The position numbers and the translations under genes were made by a program. The notes under the pieces are model-generated. The model saw only the letters and a program-made list of their open reading frames with translations, searched no databases and had not been told where the DNA came from. Positions 1 to 10,776 of a DNA stretch of 54,979 bases are shown piece after piece (positions within the stretch are counted from its first letter, which is position 1; every line of letters starts with the position of its first letter). The DNA is from Candidatus Geothermincola primus (GTDB taxonomy: Bacteria; Actinomycetota; Geothermincolia; Geothermincolales; Geothermincolaceae): contig JACVIX010000002.1 in assembly GCA_015711725.1 (NCBI GenBank), forward strand, positions 1-54,979, in the 5' to 3' direction.

Positions 1-394
1 TATTTTTATGCGCTGAAACAAGCAAGTCCGAAATCTATGGAGTCAAGCCATCAACCGTATAAAGCTGCAGTGGTGAGCAAAAGACTTCTTTCCACTTTAC
101 CCATATCTATTTTTAAAAAGCGCGATTCAGTTTACAAGAAGCGCCTTCGCGTAGTAGGGAACTCACTCCAACTCATTTCTTAATTTACGTCCATGAGGTG
201 CAGGAGCGAAAATTCATATTATAAGCGCGTTTTCCTAGTAAAGATGTTTTAATCAATATTTCATAAATAATACAATAAATAATGTTAATTATAATATACA
301 TATATACATAGTTAGAGAATAATAAAAATTTATCAAATCAGAACAATTCGCCAAGTAATTCCTCATGGCCAAATGATGTATAATTATTTCCGTT

Positions 395-1513
395 ATGCGT
401 GAGATAAACGTTAAGAGAATGGTGGTGAAGGTAGGTACCCATACCGTCACCCGCAGGAACGGCAAGCTGGATCTCCCCCAGATAGAGAGGGTGGTTGAGC
501 AACTTGTCTCTCAGAGGATGAAAGGAATGGAGGTTATTCTAGTTACCTCTGGGGCAATCGCAGCGGGACTGGAGGTCATGGGGATGCGAAAGAGGCCCAA
601 CGACATGCCCACCCTGCAAGCCGCAGCATCCATAGGCCAAGTGGAGCTGATTCATATATATTCAGAGCTTTTCGGCAGGGCGGGAATAAAGGTAGGCCAG
701 ATACTCCTCACCCAGTACGATATAGCCCGTAGACAACAGTATCTCAACGCGAGAAACACTATAGGACGTCTTTTAGGCACGGGGGTAGTTCCGGTAGTGA
801 ACGAGAATGACACCGTAGCGGTGGAGGAGATAAGGTTTGGTGATAATGATCGGTTGGCAGCGCTGGTGGCAGGGCTAGTGGAAGCCGATCTATTGATATT
901 GCTAACCGACACCAAAGGTCTTTTCACCGCAGATCCATGCAGAGATGGACAGGCTAAATTGATAAATTTGGTTCCAGAGATCGACAAGAAAATAGAGGAA
1001 CTGGCAAAAGGTACCGATAAGGAACATGCCACTGGAGGCATGATAACCAAGATTGAAGCGGCAAGGATCGCAACCTCTTCTCGGGTAGGGGTGGTCATAG
1101 CCCATGGCAGAGAAAAATCAATTATAGACAAGATAGTTGCGGGGAAGGATGTGGGAACCTACTTCCCGCCTAAAACCAAGACTGTTGGGGGAAGGAAGCG
1201 CTGGATAGCTTTTGGCACTTATCCGGCGGGGAAATTATTTATCGATAAGGGGGCGAAGGAAGCGCTAATCCATCATGGGAAGAGCCTTCTCCCCGCGGGA
1301 ATAGTAGGATGTGAAGGAGATTTCAGGGCAGGGGACATAGTGGAAATATTCGACGAGGAAGGGCAATTGATCGCCCGGGGTCTATCCAACTATTCTTCCG
1401 ATGAAACAATCAGAATAAAAGGAACCCGCTCCAGTGAGGCGGCTCGCATATTGGGAGAGTCCTCTTGCCGAGAGGCAATTCACAGGGACTATATGGTGAT
1501 AATGCGGAGATAA
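395..1513 (+). CDS. proB: glutamate 5-kinase with C-terminal PUA domain
   Basis: 372-aa ORF with amino-acid-kinase motifs 'VVKVGT' and 'NENDTVAVEEIRFGDNDRLAA'. The C-terminal PUA-like region includes 'LLPAGIVGCEGDFRAGDIV'. It is directly followed by proA. Confidence 0.95.
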   Translation: MREINVKRMVVKVGTHTVTRRNGKLDLPQIERVVEQLVSQRMKGMEVILVTSGAIAAGLEVMGMRKRPNDMPTLQAAASIGQVELIHIYSELFGRAGIKVGQILLTQYDIARRQQYLNARNTIGRLLGTGVVPVVNENDTVAVEEIRFGDNDRLAALVAGLVEADLLILLTDTKGLFTADPCRDGQAKLINLVPEIDKKIEELAKGTDKEHATGGMITKIEAARIATSSRVGVVIAHGREKSIIDKIVAGKDVGTYFPPKTKTVGGRKRWIAFGTYPAGKLFIDKGAKEALIHHGKSLLPAGIVGCEGDFRAGDIVEIFDEEGQLIARGLSNYSSDETIRIKGTRSSEAARILGESSCREAIHRDYMVIMRR

Positions 1514-1564
1514 AGGAATTGCGCGAAACGTTATTTAATAAATTGATATAGATGCGAAGGAGGT

Positions 1565-2821
1565 ATGTTTATCATGTCGATAATTCAGGATATAGGCGTT
1601 AAGGCTAAAGCTGCGGCGCAAAAATTACAAACTGTTTCAACTGAGATGAAAAATAAGGCTCTTTTACAAATGGCCGAAGCTCTCTTGTCCAGGAAAGAGG
1701 TTATACTTGAGCAGAACGGATTGGATAGGAAAGATGGCGCGGAGAAGGGATTGAGCTCCGCCTTGATGGACCGCCTTACCCTTACCGAGTCGCGTATAGA
1801 GGAGATGGCACAGGGTTTGCGTGAGGTAGCCGCCCTGCCTGACCCAGTGGGTGAAATTGTGGAAGGCTGGAGGCTCCCCAATGGTCTAGAGATTCAAAAA
1901 CTGAGAGTACCCATAGGGGTAATAGGGATTATCTACGAAGCGCGACCTAATGTGACGGTTGACGCGGCGGGACTTTGTGTCAAGTCAGGCAATGCGGTAA
2001 TCCTGAGGGGCAGCTCCTCCGCAATCAACTCCAATCGTGTACTCACTGATATTATCGCCAAAGCTGCAGAGGACGCTGGTCTGCCTGCCGATTCCATACA
2101 GCTCATCCCCCTAACCGACCGTGAATCGGCTAAGGAGCTCATGCGACTACATGGATACGTTGACGTGCTCATTCCACGAGGAGGAAAGGGCTTGATAAGC
2201 ACCGTGGTGGAAGAAAGCTCAGTCCCAGTTATCGAGACAGGGGAAGGAAATTGCCATACCTTCGTAGATTACACTGCGGATCTGGATATGGCCACAAAGA
2301 TAATTATCAATGCCAAGTGCCAGAGGCCGGGAGTTTGTAACGCCATGGAGACTCTGCTGGTTCATCGAGATGTTGCGGAAGCGTTTCTCCCCCGAATCGT
2401 TAAAGAACTAAGAGATAAGGGAGTGGAGATAAGGGGATGCGAGCTTTCCCGCAAAATAGTCACGGATTTGAAACCAGCCACCGAGGAAGACTGGTATACG
2501 GAATATTTAGACCTCATCCTAGCGGTAAAGGTAGTTGACGGATTGGAGGAAGCCATTGAGCATATAAATAAATATGGCACTAAACATTCGGAGGCTATCT
2601 TGACCAACGATTATCGGTCGGCAAGAAAGTTCGTCAATGGAGTGGATTCAGCCGATGTCTATGTGAACGCGAGCACTCGTTTCACTGATGGGAATCAGTT
2701 CGGTCTGGGGGCGGAGATAGGAATATCCACCCAGAAACTGCACGCCAGAGGACCTATGAGTCTGAGGGAATTGACTACCACAAAATTTGTCATTTATGGG
2801 GAGGGCCAGATAAGGAGCTAG
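1565..2821 (+). CDS. proA: gamma-glutamyl phosphate reductase
   Basis: 418-aa ORF with 'IYEARPNVTVDA' and the catalytic-Cys region 'RPGVCNAMETLLVH'. The ATG at 1574 has better spacing to the SD GAAGGAGG (ending 1563) than the ATG at 1565. Confidence 0.95.
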   Translation: MFIMSIIQDIGVKAKAAAQKLQTVSTEMKNKALLQMAEALLSRKEVILEQNGLDRKDGAEKGLSSALMDRLTLTESRIEEMAQGLREVAALPDPVGEIVEGWRLPNGLEIQKLRVPIGVIGIIYEARPNVTVDAAGLCVKSGNAVILRGSSSAINSNRVLTDIIAKAAEDAGLPADSIQLIPLTDRESAKELMRLHGYVDVLIPRGGKGLISTVVEESSVPVIETGEGNCHTFVDYTADLDMATKIIINAKCQRPGVCNAMETLLVHRDVAEAFLPRIVKELRDKGVEIRGCELSRKIVTDLKPATEEDWYTEYLDLILAVKVVDGLEEAIEHINKYGTKHSEAILTNDYRSARKFVNGVDSADVYVNASTRFTDGNQFGLGAEIGISTQKLHARGPMSLRELTTTKFVIYGEGQIRS

Positions 2822-2824
2822 AGT

Positions 2825-3448
2825 ATGCGCAGGGTAAGGCGATTGGGGGTGATGGGTGGCACATTCGATCCTATACACTACGGTCACCTGGTGACGGCGG
2901 AAGAAGCATGGTCTCAATTGCATTTGGATGAAGTTCTATTCGTGCCTTCCGGTAGACCCCCGCACAAGAAAGATAGAGAGAGCCTTGACCCTGAATATCG
3001 CTATCTGATGGTAGCTATCGCTACCGCAGAGAACAGACATTTCCAGGTTTCCAGGGTGGAGATAGATCGACCTGGACTGTCATATACCATCGATACCATT
3101 GAGGAGCTGAAGAAGGTTTATGGCACAAAGACTGATATATTTTTCATAACCGGCGCGGACGCCATTCTTGAGATACTTACCTGGAAGGAACCGGAGAGGA
3201 TTCTCGAGGAATGTTACCTGGTTGCGGCGACCAGACCAGGATACGATTTGGATAAATTGAAAAAAGCCTTACCTCCAAGGATTAGGAAGAGGATGGATAA
3301 GGACGGGCGCATAATAGTCTTAGAGATACCATCTCTCTCGATATCCTCCACGGATATCCGCGAACGGGTAAGGACGGGAAGATCGATAAAATATCTCGTT
3401 CCGGAAGGAATAGCTGAATTTATTGAGAAAAACGGATTCTACCGGTGA
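2825..3448 (+). CDS. nadD: nicotinate-nucleotide adenylyltransferase
   Basis: Contains 'GGTFDPIHYGHL' (nucleotidyltransferase HxGH motif) and 'ISSTDIRERV'. The proBA-nadD order is conserved. Confidence 0.93.
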   Translation: MRRVRRLGVMGGTFDPIHYGHLVTAEEAWSQLHLDEVLFVPSGRPPHKKDRESLDPEYRYLMVAIATAENRHFQVSRVEIDRPGLSYTIDTIEELKKVYGTKTDIFFITGADAILEILTWKEPERILEECYLVAATRPGYDLDKLKKALPPRIRKRMDKDGRIIVLEIPSLSISSTDIRERVRTGRSIKYLVPEGIAEFIEKNGFYR

Positions 3449-4781
3449 AAAAGAAAGTTGGGCGATGTGCGAGAATTCAGACCCTTCGGTTTGCGATAAG
3501 AAATCGAAAAATAGGGACAATCTAGGGACTGGGAATCCGGACAGCGAAGCCGCGGTTGGGTATAGATCATTCAGGCGGTTGGCAAAGAAAAAAAAGAGAA
3601 AACGCAGGATATTGCTGATAACCGTGACGGTATCAATTTTAGCGATAGCCTTCCTTGTCTTTGTTTCAATCCAATGGCCTAATTTTGGTCATAAATTATA
3701 TCAGCCCTTCAAGTGGATGGGAGAGAAGGTTTCCAGCCTCTGGACCAGCGATGAAAAGCCTATAACGCCAATTGACGATATTTTCTTCCATAATCCTATA
3801 AATGGGCAGGAATATGAGGGAAGATGGATCAACACTTTGTCGGTGATAAAGGATGGCGAAAACAAAATTCATGCACTGCTTTATACCTCCTTCGATCGTG
3901 AGGACAACTCAACCACATTTTTTTGGATACCTGAAGGGGTAAAGGGAAAATCTTCAGATGGTAAAGATTTAACTTTAGCGGAATCGCTACGCGCCTCCGG
4001 TGGAAAGCTTACTAACCTAAGAACCATGGTTGAGAGCATGGTTGGGGAGAAGATCCATTTTATAATCATCGTCGACTTGGCAGATCTAACCTCGATAGCC
4101 GAACGACTGATGCTTCCGGCAATGATCGTGGAAAACAAGGTAGAGGTGTACAATCCTTTTACCGGAGAGGAACAGAAGATGTATGAAGGGCAGAACTTAA
4201 AAGACAAGGAGAGCCTACTCGCCTATCTGCTTGCAGAAAGAGAACCTAATCAGTATAGGGCAAGAGTGAGCCGGGGTAGTTCATATTTCCCTGAGATGTT
4301 TAAGAAATTGAGGGAAAAGGATGATGAAAAGGTCAGGGAGGAGCTGATGGAAATATCCTCGATGATCTCCCTTACCCCTTCGCCTAAGGATGATTCAGAG
4401 AAGGCACATTATCTTACTGCAATGATAAATGCCTGGGGGCACAAGGCGGATGAGGGCATAGGGTGCTTGTCGGTTCCGGAAATCGAGATATTGAATGGAT
4501 GCGGAACACCTGGAGCAGGGCTTCAGATGAAAGAGCGTTTCGAAGCCAAGGGCTTCGAGGTGGCGGAAGCAGGCAAAAATGCCAAGATTCTACAAGATGG
4601 AAGAGAGGTGAATGACTTCAGTTATGATAAAAGCGTAATCGTCTTTCATTCACAGGAGAGGTTGATCGAGTCATATACGCGATATTTGGCAGTGATTTTC
4701 TCCATTGGACGGATCGAGTATAGAGAAGGTGATCCCGGAAAGATAACTATGATTGTGGGGAGCGATTTGGCTCGACCCTAA
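3423..4781 (+). CDS. membrane-anchored LytR_C domain protein (LCP-like, tentative)
   Basis: Has a basic stretch 'KKKKRKRR' followed by one TM segment 'ILLITVTVSILAIAFLVFV'. The C-terminus is LytR_C-like ('IEILNGCGTPGAGLQMKERFEAKGFEV'). The central domain assignment is uncertain. The true start may be the internal ATG near 3465. Confidence 0.6.
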   Translation: MRKTDSTGEKESWAMCENSDPSVCDKKSKNRDNLGTGNPDSEAAVGYRSFRRLAKKKKRKRRILLITVTVSILAIAFLVFVSIQWPNFGHKLYQPFKWMGEKVSSLWTSDEKPITPIDDIFFHNPINGQEYEGRWINTLSVIKDGENKIHALLYTSFDREDNSTTFFWIPEGVKGKSSDGKDLTLAESLRASGGKLTNLRTMVESMVGEKIHFIIIVDLADLTSIAERLMLPAMIVENKVEVYNPFTGEEQKMYEGQNLKDKESLLAYLLAEREPNQYRARVSRGSSYFPEMFKKLREKDDEKVREELMEISSMISLTPSPKDDSEKAHYLTAMINAWGHKADEGIGCLSVPEIEILNGCGTPGAGLQMKERFEAKGFEVAEAGKNAKILQDGREVNDFSYDKSVIVFHSQERLIESYTRYLAVIFSIGRIEYREGDPGKITMIVGSDLARP

Positions 4782-4899
4782 GGATTTTACAAGATCCTCC
4801 CCTCGGATCAAGGGAAAATTTCTACGCAAATAATTAATGGGTTTGCACACAATCCATTGACTTACGCCAGGGATTAATGCTAATTTATAAAGGTTAGCG

Positions 4900-5003
4900 C
4901 TCTTATCGAGAAGGGTGGAGGGACTGGCCCTGTGAAGCCCGGGCAACCGATCCAACGCGAAACGGTGCCAAATCCTGCAGAGAATGTCTCTGAGAGATGA
5001 GAG
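4900..5003 (+). promoter_or_regulatory. SAM-I (S-box) riboswitch
   Basis: The sequence 'CTCTTATCGAGAAGGGTGGAGGGACTGGCCCTGTGAAGCCCGGGCAACC...GGTGCCAAATCCTGCAG...GAGAGATGAGAG' matches the S-box core almost position for position. It lies immediately upstream of metK. Confidence 0.92.
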
Positions 5004-5013
5004 CCAGGTGATG

Positions 5014-5035
5014 GCCCTCTCTTAAGCAAGAGGGC
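5014..5035 (+). terminator. riboswitch expression-platform hairpin (terminator or sequestrator)
   Basis: GCCCTCT (5014-5020) pairs with AGAGGGC (5029-5035) and is followed by 'TAAATTATT'. The U-tract is weak, so the mechanism (transcriptional or translational) is unresolved. Confidence 0.45.
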
Positions 5036-5051
5036 TAAATTATTATGGGAA

Positions 5052-6266
5052 ATGAAAGGAGAAGCAAAATTGGGGAAAAGGTATTTTTTTACTTCGGAAT
5101 CGGTTACTGAGGGACACCCAGACAAGATCGCCGACCAGATTTCCGATGCTATTCTGGACGAGATTTACAAGGATGATCCATGGGGAAGGGTGGCGATAGA
5201 AACATTCGTGACCACAGGGTTGGTAGTGGTGGGAGGAGAAGTGACCACTTCCACCTATGTGGATATCCCAGGCGTGGTAAGGGAGACCATCAGGGAGATA
5301 GGTTACAACCGTGCGAAATACGGGTTTGACTGCGATACCTGCGGAATTATCGTATCCATCGATCCCCAGTCTCCGGATATAGCACAGGGAGTAGATCACT
5401 CCATAGAGGAGCGGCTAGGGGAAAGTGAAGAGGATGATCTGGACACACTGGGGGCGGGAGACCAAGGAATGATGGTGGGGTTTGCCATCAACGAAACACC
5501 TGAATTAATGCCCATGCCCATCATGATGGCGCATAAACTCGCCCATCGTCTGGCGGAGGTGCGCAAGGCTCAAATATTACCGTATTTGAGACCGGATGGA
5601 AAAACCCAGGTTACGGTGGAATACGAGGATGGGAAGCCCAGGAGGATATCCACGATATTGATCTCTGCCCAGCACCGGCCCAATGTTGATATAGAGGAGT
5701 TAATGAAGCCGGATCTAATCGAGCACGTGATAAAGCCGATAATACCGGAGGAATTGTTCACCAAGGAGACCATAGTGCTGGTGAACCCCACGGGGAAATT
5801 CGAGGTGGGAGGACCGATGGGGGATACTGGGCTAACCGGTAGAAAGATTATCGTGGATACCTATGGGGGTATGGCTCCCCACGGAGGAGGTGCTTTCTCA
5901 GGAAAGGACCCCACAAAGGTGGACAGGTCAGGGACTTATTACGCCAGGTACGTGGCGAAAAACGTGGTGGCCGCTGGGCTGGCGGACAAGTTCCAGCTAC
6001 AGGTTGCCTACGCTATCGGAAAATCTCATCCTATCTCGCTGATGCTCGATGCTTTTGGCACCGAAAAAATTCCCTTAGAGAGGATAGAAGAGTTGATCAA
6101 TGAGCACTTCGATTTCCGCCCAGCAGCTATTATTCAAAAACTTCAACTAAGGAGGCCTATCTATAAGAAAACGGCGGCATACGGTCATTTTGGCAGGAAG
6201 GATAAGGACTTTACCTGGGAACATCTGGATATGGCAGATGCTCTTCGCAAAGAAGCGGGATTATAG
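5052..6266 (+). CDS. metK: S-adenosylmethionine synthetase
   Basis: Contains '[11 protein letters not shown]', 'GAGDQGMM' and '[16 protein letters not shown]'. The likely real start is the in-frame TTG at 5070, 8 nt after the SD AAGGAG (5056-5061). Confidence 0.97.
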   Translation: MKGEAKLGKRYFFTSESVTEGHPDKIADQISDAILDEIYKDDPWGRVAIETFVTTGLVVVGGEVTTSTYVDIPGVVRETIREIGYNRAKYGFDCDTCGIIVSIDPQSPDIAQGVDHSIEERLGESEEDDLDTLGAGDQGMMVGFAINETPELMPMPIMMAHKLAHRLAEVRKAQILPYLRPDGKTQVTVEYEDGKPRRISTILISAQHRPNVDIEELMKPDLIEHVIKPIIPEELFTKETIVLVNPTGKFEVGGPMGDTGLTGRKIIVDTYGGMAPHGGGAFSGKDPTKVDRSGTYYARYVAKNVVAAGLADKFQLQVAYAIGKSHPISLMLDAFGTEKIPLERIEELINEHFDFRPAAIIQKLQLRRPIYKKTAAYGHFGRKDKDFTWEHLDMADALRKEAGL

Positions 6267-6295
6267 AGAGGATTACACTATCCTGTGGTGGCAAA

Positions 6296-6787
6296 ATGGC
6301 ATTGTTACCTATAAAAACTTTCGGAGATCCGGTTCTGAGGGAAAGATGTAATGAACTTGGTAAGATAGATAGCAGAACGATTGAGCTTATAAATAATCTG
6401 CTAGAAACCATGTACACCAATAATGGTCTAGGTTTAGCGGCGAACCAAGTGGGAGTAGTGGAACGCATATTTGTTTACGATGTTGGCGATGGACCTGTGG
6501 TGTGCATCAATCCGAGAATAGTCGATGAGTCCGATGAACTTTTGGAGGAAGGGGAAGGGTGTTTGAGCCTTCCTGGTGTGCAGATACCCATACGAAGACC
6601 AAGAAAGGTTGAAATAGAGTATGTGGATATCAAGGGTAAGAAAAGGCGAGCGATTGGGGAAGGGCTGCTGGCCAGGCTGTTCAAGCACGAGATCGATCAC
6701 TTGGACGGATCCCTATTACTGGATTTTGCCGAGAAAGAGGATAGGGCCGCCGCATTGAAAATATTGAACGAGACACAATCGTTGTAA
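6296..6787 (+). CDS. def: peptide deformylase
   Basis: Carries the three metal-site motifs 'GLAANQVG', 'EGCLS' and 'HEIDHL'. Confidence 0.96.
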   Translation: MALLPIKTFGDPVLRERCNELGKIDSRTIELINNLLETMYTNNGLGLAANQVGVVERIFVYDVGDGPVVCINPRIVDESDELLEEGEGCLSLPGVQIPIRRPRKVEIEYVDIKGKKRRAIGEGLLARLFKHEIDHLDGSLLLDFAEKEDRAAALKILNETQSL

Positions 6788-7059
6788 TTTTAAAAACTTT
6801 GTCTATGTTCTCTAGAATTTAAGATTATACGAGAAATTGGCTTCCTAAAGAGGAAGAACCGCCTTGTAGCAGGTCCTAATGGCTTGGCAGTGAATCGTGG
6901 AGTCATTTGCTTCAAGGTATAAGACTTAAAGCTGCGCTAGTTTCCAAAACATAGATTTCGCTTTAACGAGCTTTTTTCGAGCGATATTCAAAAAGGGGTG
7001 TAAATCAGTGAGGAGTCTCTTAGAGAATTGCCGCTGCATGCTAAGGGAGGCATGGAGAG

Positions 7060-8004
7060 ATGCCTCTTAAGATAGTTTTTTTTGGCAGCTCCAGATTTTC
7101 GGCGCTTGTTTTAGAAGGTATCCTAAGCATGAGGTATAACCTGGCGGGAGTAGTAACCAGTGAGGATAAACCTGCCGGTAGGGGTAGGGTGGAGAAGGGC
7201 ACAATAGTGAAGGATTTTATTGTCAAACACCACCCTTCCTTAAACCTGCTAATGACAGAAGATCTATCAACCCCCGACTTCGTTAATTTCATACGAGGGC
7301 TTCGCGCTGAACTTGGGGTAGTGGCTGGATACGGAAAGATTTTTGACATTTCGACAATCCGTTTGTTTCCAAAGGGCATGATTAACGTGCACCCCTCGCT
7401 ATTGCCTCGCCTGAGAGGGCCTGCCCCGATACAAAGGGCGATTATGGAAGGGCTTAATATTACCGGGGTCTCCTTATACCTCATGGACGAGGGGATTGAC
7501 ACGGGCGATATTATTGACCAGGAAGAAGTAGAGATCCTGGAAGAGGATAACGGCGAGAGCCTTGAGACCAGATTGGCGCATATAGGGGCGTTACTGCTTT
7601 TAAAGAATTTAGATGCCCTGGAAGAGAAAGGCTACTTTACCACTTATAAGCAGGCGCATGAATTTGCAACTTATGCGCCGGTGATCAAGGATAGTGATAA
7701 GAGGATTGATTGGGCGGAGGAAGATGTGAAAATTTTCAATAAAATAAGAGCCCTCTCGCCTAAGCCAGGGGCGTACACAACTTTTCGGGGGAAAAGGGTG
7801 AAAATCTTAGCCTCGCGTTTGACAACTCAGGTAAGTGTGGGAAAACCAGGCTCCCTTACTCAGCTGGGGAAAAATGATCTCATCGTGGATACCTCAAACA
7901 GCCCCTTGTTGATATTGACATTACAACCGGAGGGGTCGCGGCCCATGAGCGCCGGGGAGTTTCTACGAGGATATCGCATTCTAGACGGAGATTCTTTCAT
8001 ATGA
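7060..8004 (+). CDS. fmt: methionyl-tRNA formyltransferase
   Basis: Contains 'KIVFFGS' and 'NVHPSLLPRLRGPAPIQRAI'. It sits in the def-fmt-rsmB context. Confidence 0.94.
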   Translation: MPLKIVFFGSSRFSALVLEGILSMRYNLAGVVTSEDKPAGRGRVEKGTIVKDFIVKHHPSLNLLMTEDLSTPDFVNFIRGLRAELGVVAGYGKIFDISTIRLFPKGMINVHPSLLPRLRGPAPIQRAIMEGLNITGVSLYLMDEGIDTGDIIDQEEVEILEEDNGESLETRLAHIGALLLLKNLDALEEKGYFTTYKQAHEFATYAPVIKDSDKRIDWAEEDVKIFNKIRALSPKPGAYTTFRGKRVKILASRLTTQVSVGKPGSLTQLGKNDLIVDTSNSPLLILTLQPEGSRPMSAGEFLRGYRILDGDSFI

Positions 8005-8048
8005 GACATAACAAGATATTTACCTTCTTCATCGCGTAAAAGGTTCAG

Positions 8049-9413
8049 ATGGAAGCCGAAAAGGGCTGGAGAGAGATGAATACCCCTAGAGCGCTTGCTA
8101 TTGAGATAGTAAACCGTGTCTTAGAGGAGGGAGCATATCTCCATCTGCTGTTGCGCACCACCCTAGCGAGATCCGGATTGGATGAAAGAGACCGGGCTTT
8201 GGTGACCGAATTGGCCACGGGCACTGTACGTATGCTCCTAAAGCTGGATTATGCTCTCTCTTTTTATTTGGATAGAGACATAAAAGATATAGAACCAGTG
8301 CTCATGAATTCCCTCCGATTGGGAGCGTATCAGCTCATAGAGATGAAAACACCTAGGCACGCGGCCGTGCATGAAACGGTGGAGGCTTCCAAAAAGTATC
8401 TGAAAAGAGGCGCCGTCAGGTACTTGAACGCTGTGTTGAGAGCCGTAGCGGGAGATACCCAAAGAGTGATATGGCCAAAAGCGGATGATTTCGAAAGGTA
8501 CGTGTCCATTACCCAGTCCCATCCATTATGGATGGTGACCTATCTAAAAAACCTGTATGGGGAGGAAAGAGCCCTTCGCATGTGTAGGATCAATAATAGT
8601 AAAGCCCCACTAGATATCCGGGTTAACACCATGCGCAATTCATTAGATGAGTTCATCTCCCGGTTGAAAGATGAAGAAGTGGAGTTTTCCCGAAGCCGTT
8701 ATATACCGGAAGGCTTGACCAACCTGCATATGCCATCCAGCTATTTGCTGGAGGGATGGGAGCGTGGGGATTTCGTTGTACAGGATGAGAGTTCCATGTT
8801 GGTCTCCTATATACTCGCGCCTCGGGCGGGCGAGTTTATCATAGATGCGTGTTCGGCGCCTGGGGGAAAGACCAGCCATATAGCTCAACTGTGCCGGGAT
8901 GAAGCTAAAATCCTGGCTATTGACAATCAGCCAAAGAGGCAAGAGGCGCTGAAAAAGATGGTTAAAAACCTGGGGCTTAAGTCAATAACTTGCAAAGTGG
9001 GTGATTCGCAAAGAATGGAGGAGTTTGTCGATAAGAAAGCCGACAGAATACTGGTGGATGCGCCCTGCAGCGGCTTGGGAACGCTGAGGCGCAGACCGGA
9101 CATGAAATGGAAACGTAAACTTGAAGATATAGGAAATCTCGCAGCAGTGCAAGCTAATATACTTAATTCAGCGGCTCGGGTTTTAAAGAAAGATGGCGTG
9201 TTAGTTTATTCGGTGTGCACCATTACTAAGGAGGAGACCGAGGACGTGGTGGAAAGATTCCTGAGTGAAAGACGTGATTTTCTTCTGGAAGACGCCAGGG
9301 ACTTCTGCCCAATGGAGGTTCCCCATCCTCAAGAGAACAAAGGTTTTATCTTTCTCTTTCCCGAACTCCATCATATGGATGGCATGTTTATCGCACGGTT
9401 GAGAAAATGTTGA
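8049..9413 (+). CDS. rsmB: 16S rRNA (cytosine967-C5)-methyltransferase
   Basis: NusB-like N-terminus followed by the SAM motif 'DACSAPGGKT'. Catalytic motifs 'VDAPCSGLGTLRRRPD' and 'YSVCT' are present. Confidence 0.92.
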   Translation: MEAEKGWREMNTPRALAIEIVNRVLEEGAYLHLLLRTTLARSGLDERDRALVTELATGTVRMLLKLDYALSFYLDRDIKDIEPVLMNSLRLGAYQLIEMKTPRHAAVHETVEASKKYLKRGAVRYLNAVLRAVAGDTQRVIWPKADDFERYVSITQSHPLWMVTYLKNLYGEERALRMCRINNSKAPLDIRVNTMRNSLDEFISRLKDEEVEFSRSRYIPEGLTNLHMPSSYLLEGWERGDFVVQDESSMLVSYILAPRAGEFIIDACSAPGGKTSHIAQLCRDEAKILAIDNQPKRQEALKKMVKNLGLKSITCKVGDSQRMEEFVDKKADRILVDAPCSGLGTLRRRPDMKWKRKLEDIGNLAAVQANILNSAARVLKKDGVLVYSVCTITKEETEDVVERFLSERRDFLLEDARDFCPMEVPHPQENKGFIFLFPELHHMDGMFIARLRKC

Positions 9414-9693
9414 GGTTTGAGATGGATGGAAGGAGATGTCTTTTTAGCCGGGGAAGATGTTTGAACTGTTTCGAGGAGCGCTTGCGTTCGACAAAGGTCC
9501 TCGAGTTCGATACCACTTATCCTTTTTTAATATCGCTTGCCCTTTTAAATATAAGAAAATAAGAAGGGCCAATCTATTATGAATAGACAGGTAAATTTTG
9601 TCATCGCAGAGAAATATAATGAAGAGGTCTGGAAAAGTTTCGTACTTAGAAGGTTGCGAATGGTTGAATGGCCACACGAGATGCCTCTGAATA

Positions 9694-10776
9694 ATGAATA
9701 GGAGGAGAGAAGTGGAAAAGGAGAAGGCTTTAGAGATGGCCCTTATGCAGATAGAAAAGCAGTTCGGTAAGGGCTCCATAATGAAGTTGGGTGCGGATAA
9801 CAGCAGATTTCTGGTGGAATCAATACCCACAGGTTCCCTCTCGCTAGATCTGGCTTTAGGCATAGGAGGATTGCCCCGAGGAAGGGTGGTGGAAATTTTT
9901 GGGCCGGAATCGTCCGGGAAAACCACGGTGGCGTTACATGTAATTGCCGAGGCTCAAAAAGAGGGAGGAATTGCTGCATTTATCGATGCGGAACACGCTT
10001 TGGACCCCACCTACGCTAAAAATTTGGGGGTAAACACCGATGAATTATTGATATCCCAACCGGATACTGGGGAGCAAGCTCTGGAAATAGCGGACATGTT
10101 GGTAAGGAGCGGCGCCCTGGACGTGGTGGTGATTGATTCCGTTGCGGCTTTGGTGCCTCGCACCGAGATTGAGGGTGAGATGGGGGATGCGCATGTTGGC
10201 CTTCAAGCTAGATTGATGTCTCAAGCCCTGAGGAAACTATCGGGCACCATAAGTAAATCCAACACCACCGCCATATTCATAAATCAGCTAAGGGAGAAGA
10301 TAGGCATAATGTTCGGAAACCCCGAAACCACCCCCGGCGGGAATGCGCTAAAATTCTATTCTTCGGTTAGGCTGGATATACGCAAGATAGATTCCATAAA
10401 GCAGGGTACCGAAGTAATCGGCAACCGAGTGAGAGTAAAAGTAGTGAAGAACAAGATGGCGCCCCCCTTCAGAGTGGCTGAATTCGATATCATGTATGGT
10501 CAGGGTATATCCTCGGAAGGCAATATCCTTGACCTGGCGGTTGAGCATGGGATAGTGAAGAAAGGGGGCGCTTGGTATACCTATAATGATGAACAGTTGG
10601 GCCAGGGCAGAGAAAACGCTAAACAGTTCCTAAGAGAGAATGTTAAAATCCGCGAAGAGATTGAGCAGAGATTAAGGGAAAAGTTGAACCTGCCGCCCCG
10701 GGGAAATGCTGAGCAAGAAGCCAAAGAAACCTCCGAAACGAAAAGGAAAAACCATGTCCCCATCACCACCGGATAA
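9694..10776 (+). CDS. recA: recombinase RecA
   Basis: Contains Walker A 'GPESSGKTT', plus 'FIDAEHALD' and 'VVIDSVAAL'. The in-frame GTG at 9712, 6 nt after AGGAGG (9700-9705), is a plausible true start. Confidence 0.98.
   Translation: MNRRREVEKEKALEMALMQIEKQFGKGSIMKLGADNSRFLVESIPTGSLSLDLALGIGGLPRGRVVEIFGPESSGKTTVALHVIAEAQKEGGIAAFIDAEHALDPTYAKNLGVNTDELLISQPDTGEQALEIADMLVRSGALDVVVIDSVAALVPRTEIEGEMGDAHVGLQARLMSQALRKLSGTISKSNTTAIFINQLREKIGIMFGNPETTPGGNALKFYSSVRLDIRKIDSIKQGTEVIGNRVRVKVVKNKMAPPFRVAEFDIMYGQGISSEGNILDLAVEHGIVKKGGAWYTYNDEQLGQGRENAKQFLRENVKIREEIEQRLREKLNLPPRGNAEQEAKETSETKRKNHVPITTG

Noticed and set aside
6788-7059. 272-bp spacer between def and fmt, which are usually adjacent or overlapping, as a possible hidden feature.
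   Set aside because: I see only one short hairpin (CTTCCT-AAAG-AGGAAG at about 6841-56) and no ORF, repeat or recognisable RNA motif. It is noted but there is nothing to support a call.
9455-9515. Possible LexA/SOS box upstream of recA: GAAC (9463-66), inverted repeat TCGAGGA 9471-77 / TCCTCGA 9498-9504, GTTC (9505-08), and two GTTCGA half-sites.
   Set aside because: There is no canonical GAAC-N4-GTTC or TCGAAC-N4-GTTCGA palindrome. The element sits 40-90 nt after the rsmB stop and about 190 nt before recA, and a T-run follows at about 9523-28. It is more simply read as the rsmB terminator hairpin.
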